Shown one piece after another: positions 23,784 through 36,346 of a DNA stretch of 64,000 bases. Source of the stretch: Octopus vulgaris. Taxonomy: Eukaryota. Every line of letters starts with the position of its first letter. Within the stretch, counting starts at the first letter, position 1. A program made the position numbers and the translations under genes. The notes below the pieces were generated by a model. The model worked only from the letters and a program-made list of their open reading frames with translations. It was not told where the DNA came from and ran no database searches. Location of the stretch: contig OX597818.1 of the NCBI GenBank assembly GCA_951406725.2, positions 112,468,001 through 112,532,000 on the forward strand, written 5' to 3'.

Positions 23784-24174
23784 GCTGTGTGGTAAGTAGC
23801 TTGCTAACCAACCACATGGTTGCGGGTTCAGTCCCACTGCGTGGCATCTTGGGCAAGTGTCTTCTGCTATAGCCCCGGACCGACCAATGCCTTGTGATTG
23901 GATTTGGTAGACGGAAACTGAAAGAAGCCTGTCGTATATATGTATGTATATATATGTGTGTGTATGTTTGTGTATCTGTGTTTGTCCCCCTAGCATTGCT
24001 TGACAACCGATGGTGGTGTGTTTATATACCCGTCACTTAGAGGTTCGGCAAAAGAGAACGATAGAATAAGTACTGGGCTTACAAAGAATAAGTCCCGGGG
24101 TCGATTTGCTCGACTAAAGGCGGTGCTCCAGCATGCCGCAGTGAAATGACTGAAACAACTAAAAGAGTAAAAGA

Positions 24175-24175
<1 letters not shown>
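23781..24175 (+). mobile_element. SINE family A, young copy
   Basis: Near-identical to 19067-19505. Confidence 0.92.
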
Positions 24176-24239
<64 letters not shown>

Positions 24240-24258
24240 CATACACACACACACACAC

Positions 24259-24305
<47 letters not shown>

Positions 24306-24498
24306 AAATATGTATATATATATATACATATATTTATATATACTTACATACATATATATATATATGTATATATATACATATATATATAAACGTTAACATA
24401 TATAATAAATAAATGTTTACACACATGAATATATATGTGTGTACGTCTATGTATGCATGCATATGTGTATAAATATACTAGGTGTAGAAATATTCAAT

Positions 24499-24566
<68 letters not shown>

Positions 24567-25394
24567 CGCCTTCATAGCACAGCTGACTAGATATTTATGC
24601 TGATAATAAAATGGTATTTCATGGTAACGGTGTAAACCAATTTTCAACGTCAGCTATCAGAAACCTAATCACATAACTTTTCAAAACTATTGCATATATT
24701 ATTCAGCGAGAACTTGTAAATACTTTAACAGAAAATTCAACCCCATATTGACACCTATCTTCCGATCATTATATTTAGTCTGTATAACGCTATTAAATTA
24801 TCTACAAACACATAAATATAATGTTTTGTAAATATTTCAATATTGACAATTAATTTCATTAGCTAACCTGTCGGCATTGGATTTTTCATTATTTATCATT
24901 AAATCATCAATCAGGAAGAGTTAGTTCGTATCATATATTTTCCTGTGTATAAATGCGTTGGTTGGTTCTGGCTTTTACTAAATATCTATTTCGATTTATT
25001 TAATTCATTCATCCTCAGTAATGTAGAAGGAAGCCAATATGATGTATCAGTGTTTTCGGAATTCGCTAATCATTAACAGAACAAAAATGTTTTATAATAA
25101 CTCACTTAATCTAGTGTGGGTCGTTTCACACATTCGTAACAGTAACAAATCTTCTGCTGATTGTTACGGTAGAAGAGGTAAAAGGTTTGGTGTAAGAGCC
25201 GAGGCTATTAACATTTGTTTAAATGTTTGCACAGCTATTGTTTAGAGAACGTTTTTTTTATGTGTTCTACTTGAAAAAATATCGAAATATGGCAATATTT
25301 CTGAAATTTAAAACAAAGTGTGATATTTAAATAAATGGTGAATACACACACACACACATACACACACACACATATATATATATATACAGCATGC

Positions 25395-25445
<51 letters not shown>

Positions 25446-25491
25446 TACATATATATATATGTATGTATATATATATATATATATATGCATA

Positions 25492-25553
<62 letters not shown>

Positions 25554-25631
25554 GGTCCTTTTTAATAATAACTATAATCATATTTTATTCATAATAATAT
25601 ATGCTCCATTTAAAGCGACTAAACCTAACTA

Positions 25632-25676
<45 letters not shown>

Positions 25677-26003
25677 CTGTTGTGCCTGGGGAGATTCATT
25701 CTCTTTTGGTACCTTCTAATTTAACACACTCACCGGTAAAATTTCCACGTATTTCTATTTTATTTTTCTAAAATTTTCTCGTTGCGTCTTGCTACGTTTT
25801 CGATAGTTTGGTGTCTTAAAACTATTGAAAAGATATAACGAAAATTTTAGAAAAATTAAAGACATTGGTGGAAATTTTACCGGTGAGTGTGTTACAATAT
25901 AAGGCACCAAAAGAGAATGACTCTCCCTAGACACAACAGAATATGCTTCAACACACGAACTCACATAAATAATCTTGCAAACCAAATCCCAAAACGAAAT
26001 ATA
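25677..26003 (+). repeat. Imperfect ~130-bp fold-back palindrome plus conserved tail
   Basis: 25677-25810 versus 25818-25939 (e.g. cattctcttttggt/ccaaaagagaatg, acacactcaccggtaaaatttccac/gtggaaattttaccggtgagtgtgt); tail as at 18140-18180. Confidence 0.85.
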
Positions 26004-26066
26004 GACACACACATACACACACACACACACACACACGCACACACACACACACACACATACATGTAT

Positions 26067-26484
26067 ACTCTTACTCTTTTACTCTTTTACTTGTTTCAGT
26101 CATTTGACTGCGGCCATGCTGGAGCACCGCCTTTAGTCGAGCAACTCGACCCCGGGACTTATTCTTTTTGTAAGCCCAGTACTTATTCTATCGGTCTCTT
26201 TTGCCGAACCTCTGAGTAACGGGGACATAAACACACCAGCATCGGTTGTCAAGCAATGCTAGGGGGACAAACACAGACACACAAAAATACACACACACAC
26301 ACATATATATACATATATACGACGGGCTTCTTTTCAGTTTCCGTCTACCAAATCCACTCACAAGGCTTTGGTCGGCCCGAGGCTATAGCAGAAGACACTT
26401 GCCCAAGGTGCCACGCAGTGGGACTGAACCCGGAACCATGTGGTTGGTAAACAAGCTACTTATAACACCGCCACTCCTGTGCCT
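26067..26484 (-). mobile_element. SINE family A, young full-length copy
   Basis: Reverse complement of the 19056-type consensus, end to end. Confidence 0.92.
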
Positions 26485-26771
26485 ATATGTATATATATAT
26501 ATATATTACATAATGTACGTAATACATTTCTTTTATATTTCCAATCATCTATATCATTATTTTAATGATATTCATCATCACGGTGAACTGAGTGTCATTT
26601 GGAAAGATATTAGAAATACGATAAAAATATTCCGAGTATTGAAGACAGAGGAAAATTATAGAAATATTACTTAATATATTGCAGTAACCGGATAGGTTTC
26701 ATGCTTCTGAATAAATGAAATATTTCTGAAAGTTTGGTTATTTTGCGTTAAGTTTTACATTGCCTGGGACA

Positions 26772-27155
26772 TTTTACTTGTTTAAACATTAAATTGTGCC
26801 TATGCTGGGGTACTTCTTTGAATAATTTCTGACCAAATAATCGGCCCCAGCACTATTCTTTTTGCCGCCGTGTACTTATTCCATCGGTTGTTTGGACGCA
26901 CCGCTTCTTTACAGAGACGTAAACACACCAGCAGTGGTTGTCAAATGGTAGATCCCAACAAGGTCACACACATATAGAGACCCCTTCGCGAGCTACCAAT
27001 ACATACATATTATTTTTATACATATGATGGGCATCTTTCAGTTCCCGCTTGCCAGATCAACTCACAAGGCTTTGGTGGACTCTGATAGAAGGAGCACTGA
27101 ACTCGAAAGCATATAGCTGAAAGAAAATATCTGATCACATACCTATGGCTGTGCC
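26772..27155 (-). mobile_element. SINE family A, old diverged copy
   Basis: Patchy matches: gacgtaaacacaccagca, ctttcagttccc, ctcacaaggctttgg. Confidence 0.7.
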
Positions 27156-27161
27156 TATATA

Positions 27162-27237
<76 letters not shown>

Positions 27238-27300
27238 TGCGGGAATATTATTCCAAACTTACAGGGAAAAATTCAATTTAGAAATAGTAAATCAAATTTC

Positions 27301-27392
<92 letters not shown>

Positions 27393-27769
27393 ATATGTAT
27401 GTATATACAAACATAGATGCGTGTGTGTGTGTAGGTGTGTATATTTTTTGAAAAAACAAATTGTTATTATAAGAGTAATTCCACTGAAAGATATATATTC
27501 ACTGAACATAATTTTCCTGTCATGATTAGGAAACATTCATAGTGAGGAAACGTTGAGAGCTGTATTGCCTCGTTGTTTCAAAAGGTGTCATTCACTTGTT
27601 TGAGAAGGATCTCTAATATTTACATCTTTTAATATGTTGATTAATCATTAGTCATCAATAGTATGGAAGATTTAAATTATCATAAGCGTTAGATAAACAA
27701 CTGTAACAAGCGAAAATGATCGTGAGAATAAATAAATAATGCGTAAATGATGAATTTTTAGGTTCAAAT

Positions 27770-27924
27770 ATGGTTGTGTGGTAAGAAGCTTGCTTCCCAA
27801 CGTCATGGTTCCTGGTTTAGTGCCACCGCGTGGCACCTTCTTCAACCAAAGCCCTGTGAGAAGATTAGTAGAGGGAAAGTGTACGATGCCCGTCGTATAA
27901 ATTTATGTATGTACGTACGTACGT

Positions 27925-27967
<43 letters not shown>

Positions 27968-28290
27968 TGTCTGTGTTTGTTTCCCACCACCGTTTGTCCA
28001 CTGGTGTTGGTGTGTTTACGTCCCCGTAATTTAGCAGCTTGGCAAAAATCTAACGATATAAAATAAGTACAAGGTTACATAAAAAAAAGTAATGGGATCG
28101 ATTCATTCCACCAAAAGTTCTCCAAAGCGATGCTCCAGCATGGCTGCAGTCTAATATCTAAAACAGTAGTATTATGCGTTAGGAAAAAAACATATTCAGT
28201 TGGACCGATTGTTTCGACTAAAAACGCTTCACGCCGGTGCTCCAGCATGGTTACAACCCAATGATAGAAACATGTAAATGAGAAAGGATA
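27770..28290 (+). mobile_element. SINE family A, diverged, with a second tail fragment
   Basis: tggttgtgtggtaagaagcttgcttcccaac head; ggtgtgtttacgtccccgtaa; gctccagcatgg occurs twice (28133, 28239). Confidence 0.75.
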
Positions 28291-28471
28291 GATAAATAAA
28301 TAAGGGAACTTTTTTATATGACATATGGTAATTTTGGTTCCACACTGAATATATCGTGTGAAATGTCGACGTTCCCTAATTTGAATAAACGATTTTCTCT
28401 TTTTATTACCTGAACAGGTGTAGAATTACACTTCTAATTTGTTTATATATTTTTTCGTCTATGTTTAATGT

Positions 28472-28810
28472 GTGGAGGCGCAGTGGCTCAGTGGTTAGGG
28501 CAGCTCACTCGCGGTCGTGGGATCCCGGATTCGATTCCCAGACCTAAAGCTCCATGAGGCTCCGGCAGAGGACAGTGGAGTGGCGAAGCCTGCTGTACTC
28601 TTTCACTTCAACTTTCTCTCACTCTTTCTTCCTGTTTCTGTTGTACCTGTATTTCAAAGGGGCAGTTTGTCACACTCTGTATCACGCTGACTCTCCCCGA
28701 GAACCACGTGTCTGTGGAGTACTCAGCCACTTACACGTTAATTTCACGAGCAGGCTGTTCCATTCATCGGATTCACTTGAACCCTCGTCGTCGTAACCGA
28801 CGGAGTGCCA
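28472..28810 (+). mobile_element. tRNA-derived SINE, group B (head type 2 + tail type 1)
   Basis: A box tggctcagtgg, B box gattcgattcc, tRNA-Arg-like head; tail cacgttaatttcacgagc...ctcgtcgtcgtaaccgacggagtgc is the reverse complement of 11040-11130. Confidence 0.85.
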
Positions 28811-28913
28811 CAATGTTTAGAGTTATAACAAAAAGGAATTTCATGTCTATTTTTTACATCTAACTTTCTAAATATTTTATTATTTTTCTTTCATTCTATT
28901 ACATGTTGACATC

Positions 28914-29090
28914 GGTTTCAAATTTTGGCACAAGGACTGCAAGATCGGCGTGGTGTGGACTACGTAGATTACATCCTACCAAGTGCATAACTGCTACTTA
29001 TATTATCGAGCCAAAAGGACAAAATGCAAATCGACCTCGGTGAAATTTGAACTCAGAACATAAAGACAGACAAAATGCTGCCAAGCTCTG
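28914..29090 (-). mobile_element. SINE family C, diverged copy
   Basis: tcgacctcgg.g.aatttgaactcagaaca matches the 22790-22820 reverse complement. Confidence 0.65.
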
Positions 29091-30572
29091 CTGTGACATT
29101 TTAGTATTTCAAAACCTAAATAATATTTTTTCCTGGTGTATTTTTTAAAAATTCATTTAGGAAAGTTTTATCGTTTTTGAAAGTGCCTCTTATATAGAAG
29201 TATTCAAATATACAATTACCTGTAGATCGTAAAGAATTAACTATTCTGAGTAAGTTTTAGTTTCAAAATGAAAAGTCTAATGTCGACATCCTCTAATGTC
29301 AACAACACACATGTACATATAAACTCACACACGCATGCTACAAATATTCAAGTGAAGCATTATAAAAATTGTATTTTTTAATAATTCATCATTACATGTT
29401 TTCATCAAAGATCAAATAAGTTGAAGCTGAAGTTGTGTGAGGATTACGACTTAAAATTTTATTCATTCGAATGAATAGATAAAATGAAATTACATTATTG
29501 AAAGAAAATCGCGTACTAATTTTGATATTGATGTTATTCAAAAGAATAGAGTTTGAAGAGTTTCAGAAACATTTATTTATTAATACGAACTGCCAAAAAT
29601 TTCGCATACCAGCCTGTTGATACGTTACTCCTGGAAATATCCAGCTAAAGCGACTTCGTATTTCATATTACCTTGCCCAAACGGAAATGGAATTATGTGT
29701 AGAATTTATAATTGTTTTTATTGCTAGTCGAAGGAGTTGTGGACGATATTCGCTAAGAGAGCATGCAAACGTACATTATGTTTGAAAAATATCCTTCGAC
29801 GAAATTAAAGATGTGCAAAATGAACATCAATGCTAGCAGCTGAAATTAAATTTGATTGAAGAATAAATGAAAATAAATACGAAAACAAAAAGAAAAGAAA
29901 AAGCATTGGATTAAAATATTAATATATCGCATGCAACATAATTTCTGTAATTAAATTAAGAAGTGAGACTTCATATTGAAGTAAATATTGTAGATAAAAC
30001 GTAGATAGTTTAAGTCTGTGAAAGAAGCCAGAAAATAAAGATTAAAAGTTTTTATAGTAGAAACCTAGTCTTAAGCAAATGGATCTCCTTCAATTTTGCA
30101 TGCCAAGAGAATATTATGCTTTCTAAATGAAACCAATATAATCGTATTTCAATTAAGTATTAAACATATTTCATTTGAATATAGGAATGGTGATTATTGC
30201 AATTTCTCGAGTAAATTAATTAATTTATCTTGCCATTGGTCTCGAATTATATTTCTAAATCATTATATAATGAGTGGCATGAAAATGTGAAAATAGCTGC
30301 AGAAAATGGAGAATAAGCAAAGAATTTAGTTAAATTATCTTTCATGAAGCTAAATCGGCGAGCGCCCATATTTCCTCAAACATAGAAATCTCAAGAGAAA
30401 TGATAAGAGCATAAACGCATTGCATTTTCCACATCCCAAGACTTTGCTCGAACTGAGGCCTCTGCATTAGACACATGCCCAAGTTAGCGACGCAGTAGGA
30501 TCGAACCCGGAACCATATTACTGAGCGGGCAAGTTTCTTGCCTGAAAGCAACGCCTGCTCTTACATTGTTTG

Positions 30573-32069
30573 CAAACAACTTTCACATGCAAGTGCTACC
30601 AATCAAAAGCTCTTCATATCGGAAGCCAGCAACTGTATGGGGTCATCCGGAGAGAATGCGCACCGTTTCGGGGCCTACCACTCGACGGCATCATTCTGCA
30701 CCGGCCCTCCTCACTAACCATCTGGTTATCAAATAAAGCTCAATATTCTAGCCATCGCTCATGGTTTCTTTAAAACCCAATCCAGTGGCTAGCATTCTCC
30801 ACTGTAGTTTGTTTGTCGGTCATGGGGATATTTACATTACGATGAGTTAGGCCTAGTGGTAACAACAGTCGTCTCACACTGTGTCCAACAAATCCTCTAC
30901 ATCCGACTTCGATTGGAAAATGCTCCACTTTCCAGCCTGCATCTTCACATTCCTCGAGGAGGATTACATAACGGTCAATCTTTCGAGTCCGATCGCTGTT
31001 CAGATTACCTTCATGAGGAACCGTTAACTCGACAAGATTCACAACTTGCTTTCCTTCACACCACATTAAGATTCCGGTTTCTTCGTAACTGGGATGGGAA
31101 AGAGTCCCTGGCACCTTGGTAAATCTGCAGTCACCTCTCAATAGCCGTTCCAATTTTCATCGCTCACAGGAAATTTCTTTTTGAAATAGATCTACTTTCC
31201 TGAGGACACGAAGGTAATGAATTCTCTAGATGGCACTTTCAACGGTTTTTTCACTGTTGTTGAGATCAATTTGGTTCTTTATGGCATTGAAAATAACCTT
31301 AAGCCCCAGACAGTGTCTCCATGTATATCTATTCAATGCTAATGAACAGTTGGAAAAAATATATTTCTGTGATTCGACCTTTCCGCATTTGCATATATCA
31401 GTGAGACGTTCCATCTTACTAGATTTGTAGGTGATGGCAAGACATCATAGGATGAACGAATCAGAAAAAGCCGAGATGTGGTCCACCTCCATATCACATA
31501 CGAATTTAGTTTTCTCTCAACAACATGTTCCTCTCATCTGGGCATCTGTTCTTGTTGAGTGCATTGATTCAAATGAATCTCTTTTCTCTCTGCTTCCCTC
31601 GTTTTGACGCTGTTGCTAACAACAGATCTGCGTCCGCTCCGCATCATAATTGCAAACGGTCTGAACCGATCTGCGTCAAAACCAAGTCCCTTCCGATGAA
31701 TTTGCTTTGCACCCACCATATCTCGGTGTCTAAGAGAGGACAAATGTCATCAGTCTCTGCTAATGCTTTCCATTTTCTGGTTGCTTTTGCATCTGGTGAA
31801 TTACGCCTGATTTCCATGTCCTTCAACTCTCTCAGCATCATCACAGTTCGTACCTTCCCTAGTTTTTAAATTTCGGCTGTTGATGCCAGTGGTAATTGCA
31901 ATGAGACTCTTTTACGATAGAGAGCTGAACTGTTTAATATCCGAGGTAGATCTAGCCACTTTCTAATGAGCACATTAAATTTTGTTCAACGATTTGAACT
32001 CATGACAGTGCTACGTCGTATATTAAAAATGGCCATGAATGTCACGGATACGAGCCAAAGTACCAAATT
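30573..32069 (-). mobile_element. HERO-like non-LTR retrotransposon (restriction-like endonuclease), 5'-truncated and degraded
   Basis: Pieces encode CKCGKVES..YIFSNC..ALNRYTWRH zinc knuckle and ILMW...LVELTVPHE...RK..RY...GWKVEHFPIEVGCRGF RLE; colinear with 58890-60475 including the 3'UTR. Confidence 0.85.
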
Positions 32070-32357
32070 AACGTTCAAGTGGCTGAGTACTTCACGGAGA
32101 CGCGTACCTTTAATGTAGTTCTTGGGGAGATTCAGCGTGACACAGAGTGTGACAAGGCTGGCCCTTTGAAATAGAAGTATAACAGGAAGAAAGAGTAAGA
32201 TAAAGTTTTGGTGAAAGAGTACAGCAGGGTACTCCCCCCCCCTGCCCGAGTTTCGTGGAGCTTTAGGTGCTTTCGATCCACACAGTCTAGGAATCTTAAC
32301 CACGATCCTACGACTGCAAGTCCGCTGCAGTAACCACTGGGATATTGAGACGCCACA
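32066..32357 (-). mobile_element. Group-B SINE (head type 2), tail cut off at the HERO junction
   Basis: Reverse complement of the 28472-28745 type; joins HERO at shared aaatt. Confidence 0.8.
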
Positions 32358-32384
32358 TGTATATATATATATATATATATTAAA

Positions 32385-32623
32385 CATCGGTTGACAACCG
32401 ATGCTGGTGTGTTTACGCCCCCGTAACTTAGCAGTTTGGCAAAAGAGACGGATAGAGAAAGTATTATGCTTACAAATGGGGTCGATTTGCTCGAGTAAAG
32501 GAGGTGTTCCAGTATGGATGCTGTCAAATGACTGAAAATATAAAATATATATATATATATATATCGGTTGTCAAGTGATGTTGGGGGAAGGCAAATACAG
32601 ACATACAAACATATACATATATA

Positions 32624-32666
<43 letters not shown>

Positions 32667-32803
32667 GACGGGCTTCCTCCAGTTTCCCTCTACCAAACCC
32701 ACTCATAAGTCTTTGGTCGGTCCGAGGCTATAGTAGAAGGCACTTGCCCAAAGTGCCACGCTTTGGGACTGAACTCGGAAACAAGCTACTTACCACACAG
32801 CCA
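32385..32803. mobile_element. SINE family A copy with its 3' half inverted
   Basis: 32385-32545 is the 3' half on +, 32563-32803 is the 5' half on -; both break in atcggttg(t/a)caa. Confidence 0.8.
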
Positions 32804-34036
32804 ATATATATGTATATATGTATGTATGCATATATATATATGTGTATGTGTGTGTGTGTGTGTATACGCATGCATATGTATGTTTGTGTTGCCGGTCTGT
32901 CTCTTCTAACGCCAAATCTATGTCAATATAATGAAACGGAAAAAAAATATCCTTTTGATTTGTGTTACCATTGACTGAGAGCAAGAGATGTTGTGTGCAA
33001 ATATGTTAAGCGAGAAAGTTATAGGCGTCAAGTAAACTTGACAACGGTGTGATTAACACCTATATTGCTTGGGGAATTTTAGCCCCTATTAGTGCACAGG
33101 TTATATGCATTAGAACATTTAGCTCGTATATCTAGCAATGTTGGTGCTATTCACACATTTAGGCAAGTTTAGTAGACGACTAGAATCTTCCTTTACGGTG
33201 TAACGTTGCTGTTTTTATTAATGTTTTTGTTTGCATATTAGTTATCTGCTACATGAACCGTAAGTTTTAATGGTGAATATATATACGCTGGTAGGCGAGA
33301 TAACCCGGAATCAACCGAACGAGCTGGCCTCACTGAAGAAGACTACGGAAATAGCCGAGCCGAGGATGGTCGGTCAGGCTAAGAAATTCTCGGTTCGGTT
33401 TTCTGGGTCGATTTCAGCTCCTTGCAGAATATATGTTATGTGCATTTTAACAGAATCGGAGCATTTTAGCTGTTATTTCTCGCAACAATGGGTGCTCACC
33501 GAAGGACCCTAGGGATGAGGGAGGGTAGGCGGATCTTCCGGTCACGGAGGAAACCCACCCTTCCTCAGTTAAAGAGGAAAACAAGCAAGGAAAAAGAGAA
33601 ACGGGACATTGCCGGCAGGTGGTAACACAATACCGGAATGTCCCGGAACTTCGTCAGTGGGAATTGTGCAACCGATGGGGAGAGAGCCATCGTTGGTGGG
33701 AATTGTGCCATTGACGGTGGAGGTGGCCCCCTTGTCACCGGAAGAAGATGAATTACTTATTTTCATCTAAAGAGGCGGAGAAGTTGAAAGGTGTTGGAGA
33801 AGCACACTAAGGGAGCAATTATGACCTGCACACGGGATCCCGAATGGCCTCGGCAGATAGCTGTGGAAGTCATAACGATGACTGTGTCAAAGGCTAGAGA
33901 AGCTCAATGATGAATATCGCTTGTAGCCGGGCGACACCGATACGCCACCTGCTTTGTGCTTGAATGAGGCGTGGGAAAGGGCAAGGTACGGGGTCACAAG
34001 TGATATACACACACTAACACTCACACACACACATAT

Positions 34037-34112
<76 letters not shown>

Positions 34113-34134
34113 ATGTGTGCGCGCGTGTGTTCGT

Positions 34135-34290
34135 GTGTTTAAGTCCCCGTAAGTTAGCAGTTCCGCAAAAAGTAACGATAAAATAAGTACTAGAGTTACA
34201 AAGAAACAGACCTGGGGTCGATTTGTTCGACTAAGAAGGTGGTGTTCCTGCATGGCCGCAATCAAATGACTGAAACAAGAAAAGGAATAA
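34135..34290 (+). mobile_element. SINE family A, 3' half
   Basis: gtgttta.gtccccgtaa.ttagc...ggggtcgatttg.tcgactaa...gcatggccgca.tcaaatgactgaaacaag. Confidence 0.8.
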
Positions 34291-34300
34291 ATGAAGAAAA

Positions 34301-34390
<90 letters not shown>

Positions 34391-34399
34391 GCATATGTG

Positions 34400-34700
34400 G
34401 GCACAGGACGTCATGAAACGTGTTCAACAAAAAAATACGAAGTACGAGTAAATGAAATATGAATTATTTTTTCGAAGAACGAAAGACACAGATGGTAAAC
34501 AAGACAAACAACAGAAAGAACGAACCCTCATCAGTTGTTGGCTGTTTTTCTAATTTCGTATTTCGAGCATTTAACAACAATATACGCTTTCGATAAAACA
34601 CATGCTCCCGCAAAGCAAATTAGATAAAATTTGGGATTTTGTGGAGGGTCAAAATTGGTAACACCAAACGTCAGTAAAAACAAACAGGAAGGGTTGCTGG
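34400..34700 (-). repeat. Dispersed repeat, probable Penelope pseudo-LTR fragment
   Basis: Homologous to 9185-9440; minus strand has CTGATGAGGG at 34525-34534. Confidence 0.55.
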
Positions 34701-35646
34701 GCCTAAACGAGGTTGTGGTGGCGAACGCGTAAATCAAGCTTGGACAGAAGACAGACAAGAATACATCTCCTTTTTTCTAGCTACAACGGAGAGAAAGAAA
34801 CACAAGTTAGGAGAAGAAAGAAACATGACCGATGGTCACGTGGGAACAACGTGAGCAATGGAAGAGGAGTGGGGGAGAGAGAAAGAGAGTGACATAATAA
34901 TACGATAGAATAGTAGGAGAAGAGGATTTAAATTGGTGAGTGAAAGAGATAAAAGCGAAAGCGTAAAATTATTGTATAGAGTGCACATATATGTAAATGT
35001 ATGTATGCATGTATGTATGTATATGACAGTCTGTGTAGTGTGTGTGCGTGTATGTACGTCTGTGTGTGTGAAACTAAGAATTTTAACCAGCGTATTAACG
35101 ATTTTGCTAGCTCGCGCCTCGACGGAATTTGAAATCAGAACTTAAAGACGGACGAAATGTCGCTAAGAAATTTAACCGGCTTAGTAACGATTTTCCCGAT
35201 TTAACGCGTTTCTGTAATATACAATATTAATAACATCTTAGGAGGAAACTTTTTGCATTACAATATAAAATATTACTCACTAGACTGAGCTGGAAACCAA
35301 AATGTGGTTTTGAATCAAATATATTGTCAAATTAAATAATCGTAATATTATACATTGCGGCTCCTAACTTAATGGCTGCCGTAATATCGCCCCAACCTTT
35401 TAATGCACTTAAGATATTAGGTGCCAGCATAACACGGCAATAATTTCTTAAACGTTTCTAACTTCTGTATATAATAATATATACTGTGCATTGCAGCAGA
35501 TATTCAATATAAGAACTCGTACCATTACACAGAATGGAGAAAATGTATCTATAAAAATATGAATATGCTTCTGTACCAGTTACAACAAATGCTGATGTAT
35601 ATATTAGGTAATTCATTATTTCAGGTATGAGAAAAGTTTCACGCGT

Positions 35647-35716
<70 letters not shown>

Positions 35717-35744
35717 ACGTATTTACATCTTTAATTCGTTTATT

Positions 35745-36121
35745 GTTTTATCTGTGTCAGTTATTTGATTGCAGCCATGCTGGAGCACCGCTTTAAAGGA
35801 TTTAGTCAAAGAAATCGACCCCAGGACTTAATCTTTGTAAACCTAATACTTATTCTATCGGTTTCTTTTGCCCAATCGCTAAGTTACGGAAGACATAAAT
35901 ATATCAGCATTGTTTGTCAAACAATGGTGAGGGGATACACAGACACAAAGACACACAAACAAACATACACACATAAATATATATTTCAATTCTTATCTAC
36001 CAAATTCACTTACAAGGTATTGGTCGGCCAGAGAATATAGTAGAAAACACTTGTCTAAGATGCCATGCAGTAGGACTGAACCAAGAACCATATGGTTGGG
36101 AAGCAATCTTCTTACCACACA
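35745..36121 (-). mobile_element. SINE family A, diverged copy
   Basis: gcagccatgctggagcaccg, cttattctatcggt, ggactgaacc, cttcttaccacac in the expected order. Confidence 0.85.
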
Positions 36122-36127
36122 ACGATA

Positions 36128-36166
<39 letters not shown>

Positions 36167-36264
36167 GTGTGTGTGGGTGTGTGTATAAACAATAATAATA
36201 AGCATTGTTACGTAGTAGCATAGCATTACATTTCATTTTCTTTATATATACAGCTTTACATGCA

Positions 36265-36346
36265 CCTATACATGTTTCTACTGCACCGATGAGCAACTGT
36301 TGCAATTGCAACCCTACTATAATACCGGTGCAGCTTCTTCAGAGTT
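36265..36346 (-). ncRNA. Hammerhead-like motif with extended stem II
   Basis: Minus: CTGAAGA-A-GCTGCACCGG...(GTTGC aatt GCAAC)...TCGGTGCAGT-A-GAA-ACATGT-A; stem I poorly paired; homologous to 49658-49740. Confidence 0.55.

Noticed and set aside
18973-26674. Recurring ORFs with SFRLPNPLTR / AEDTCPRCHAVGLNP peptides suggesting a gene family
   Set aside because: Antisense translations of SINE-A copies.
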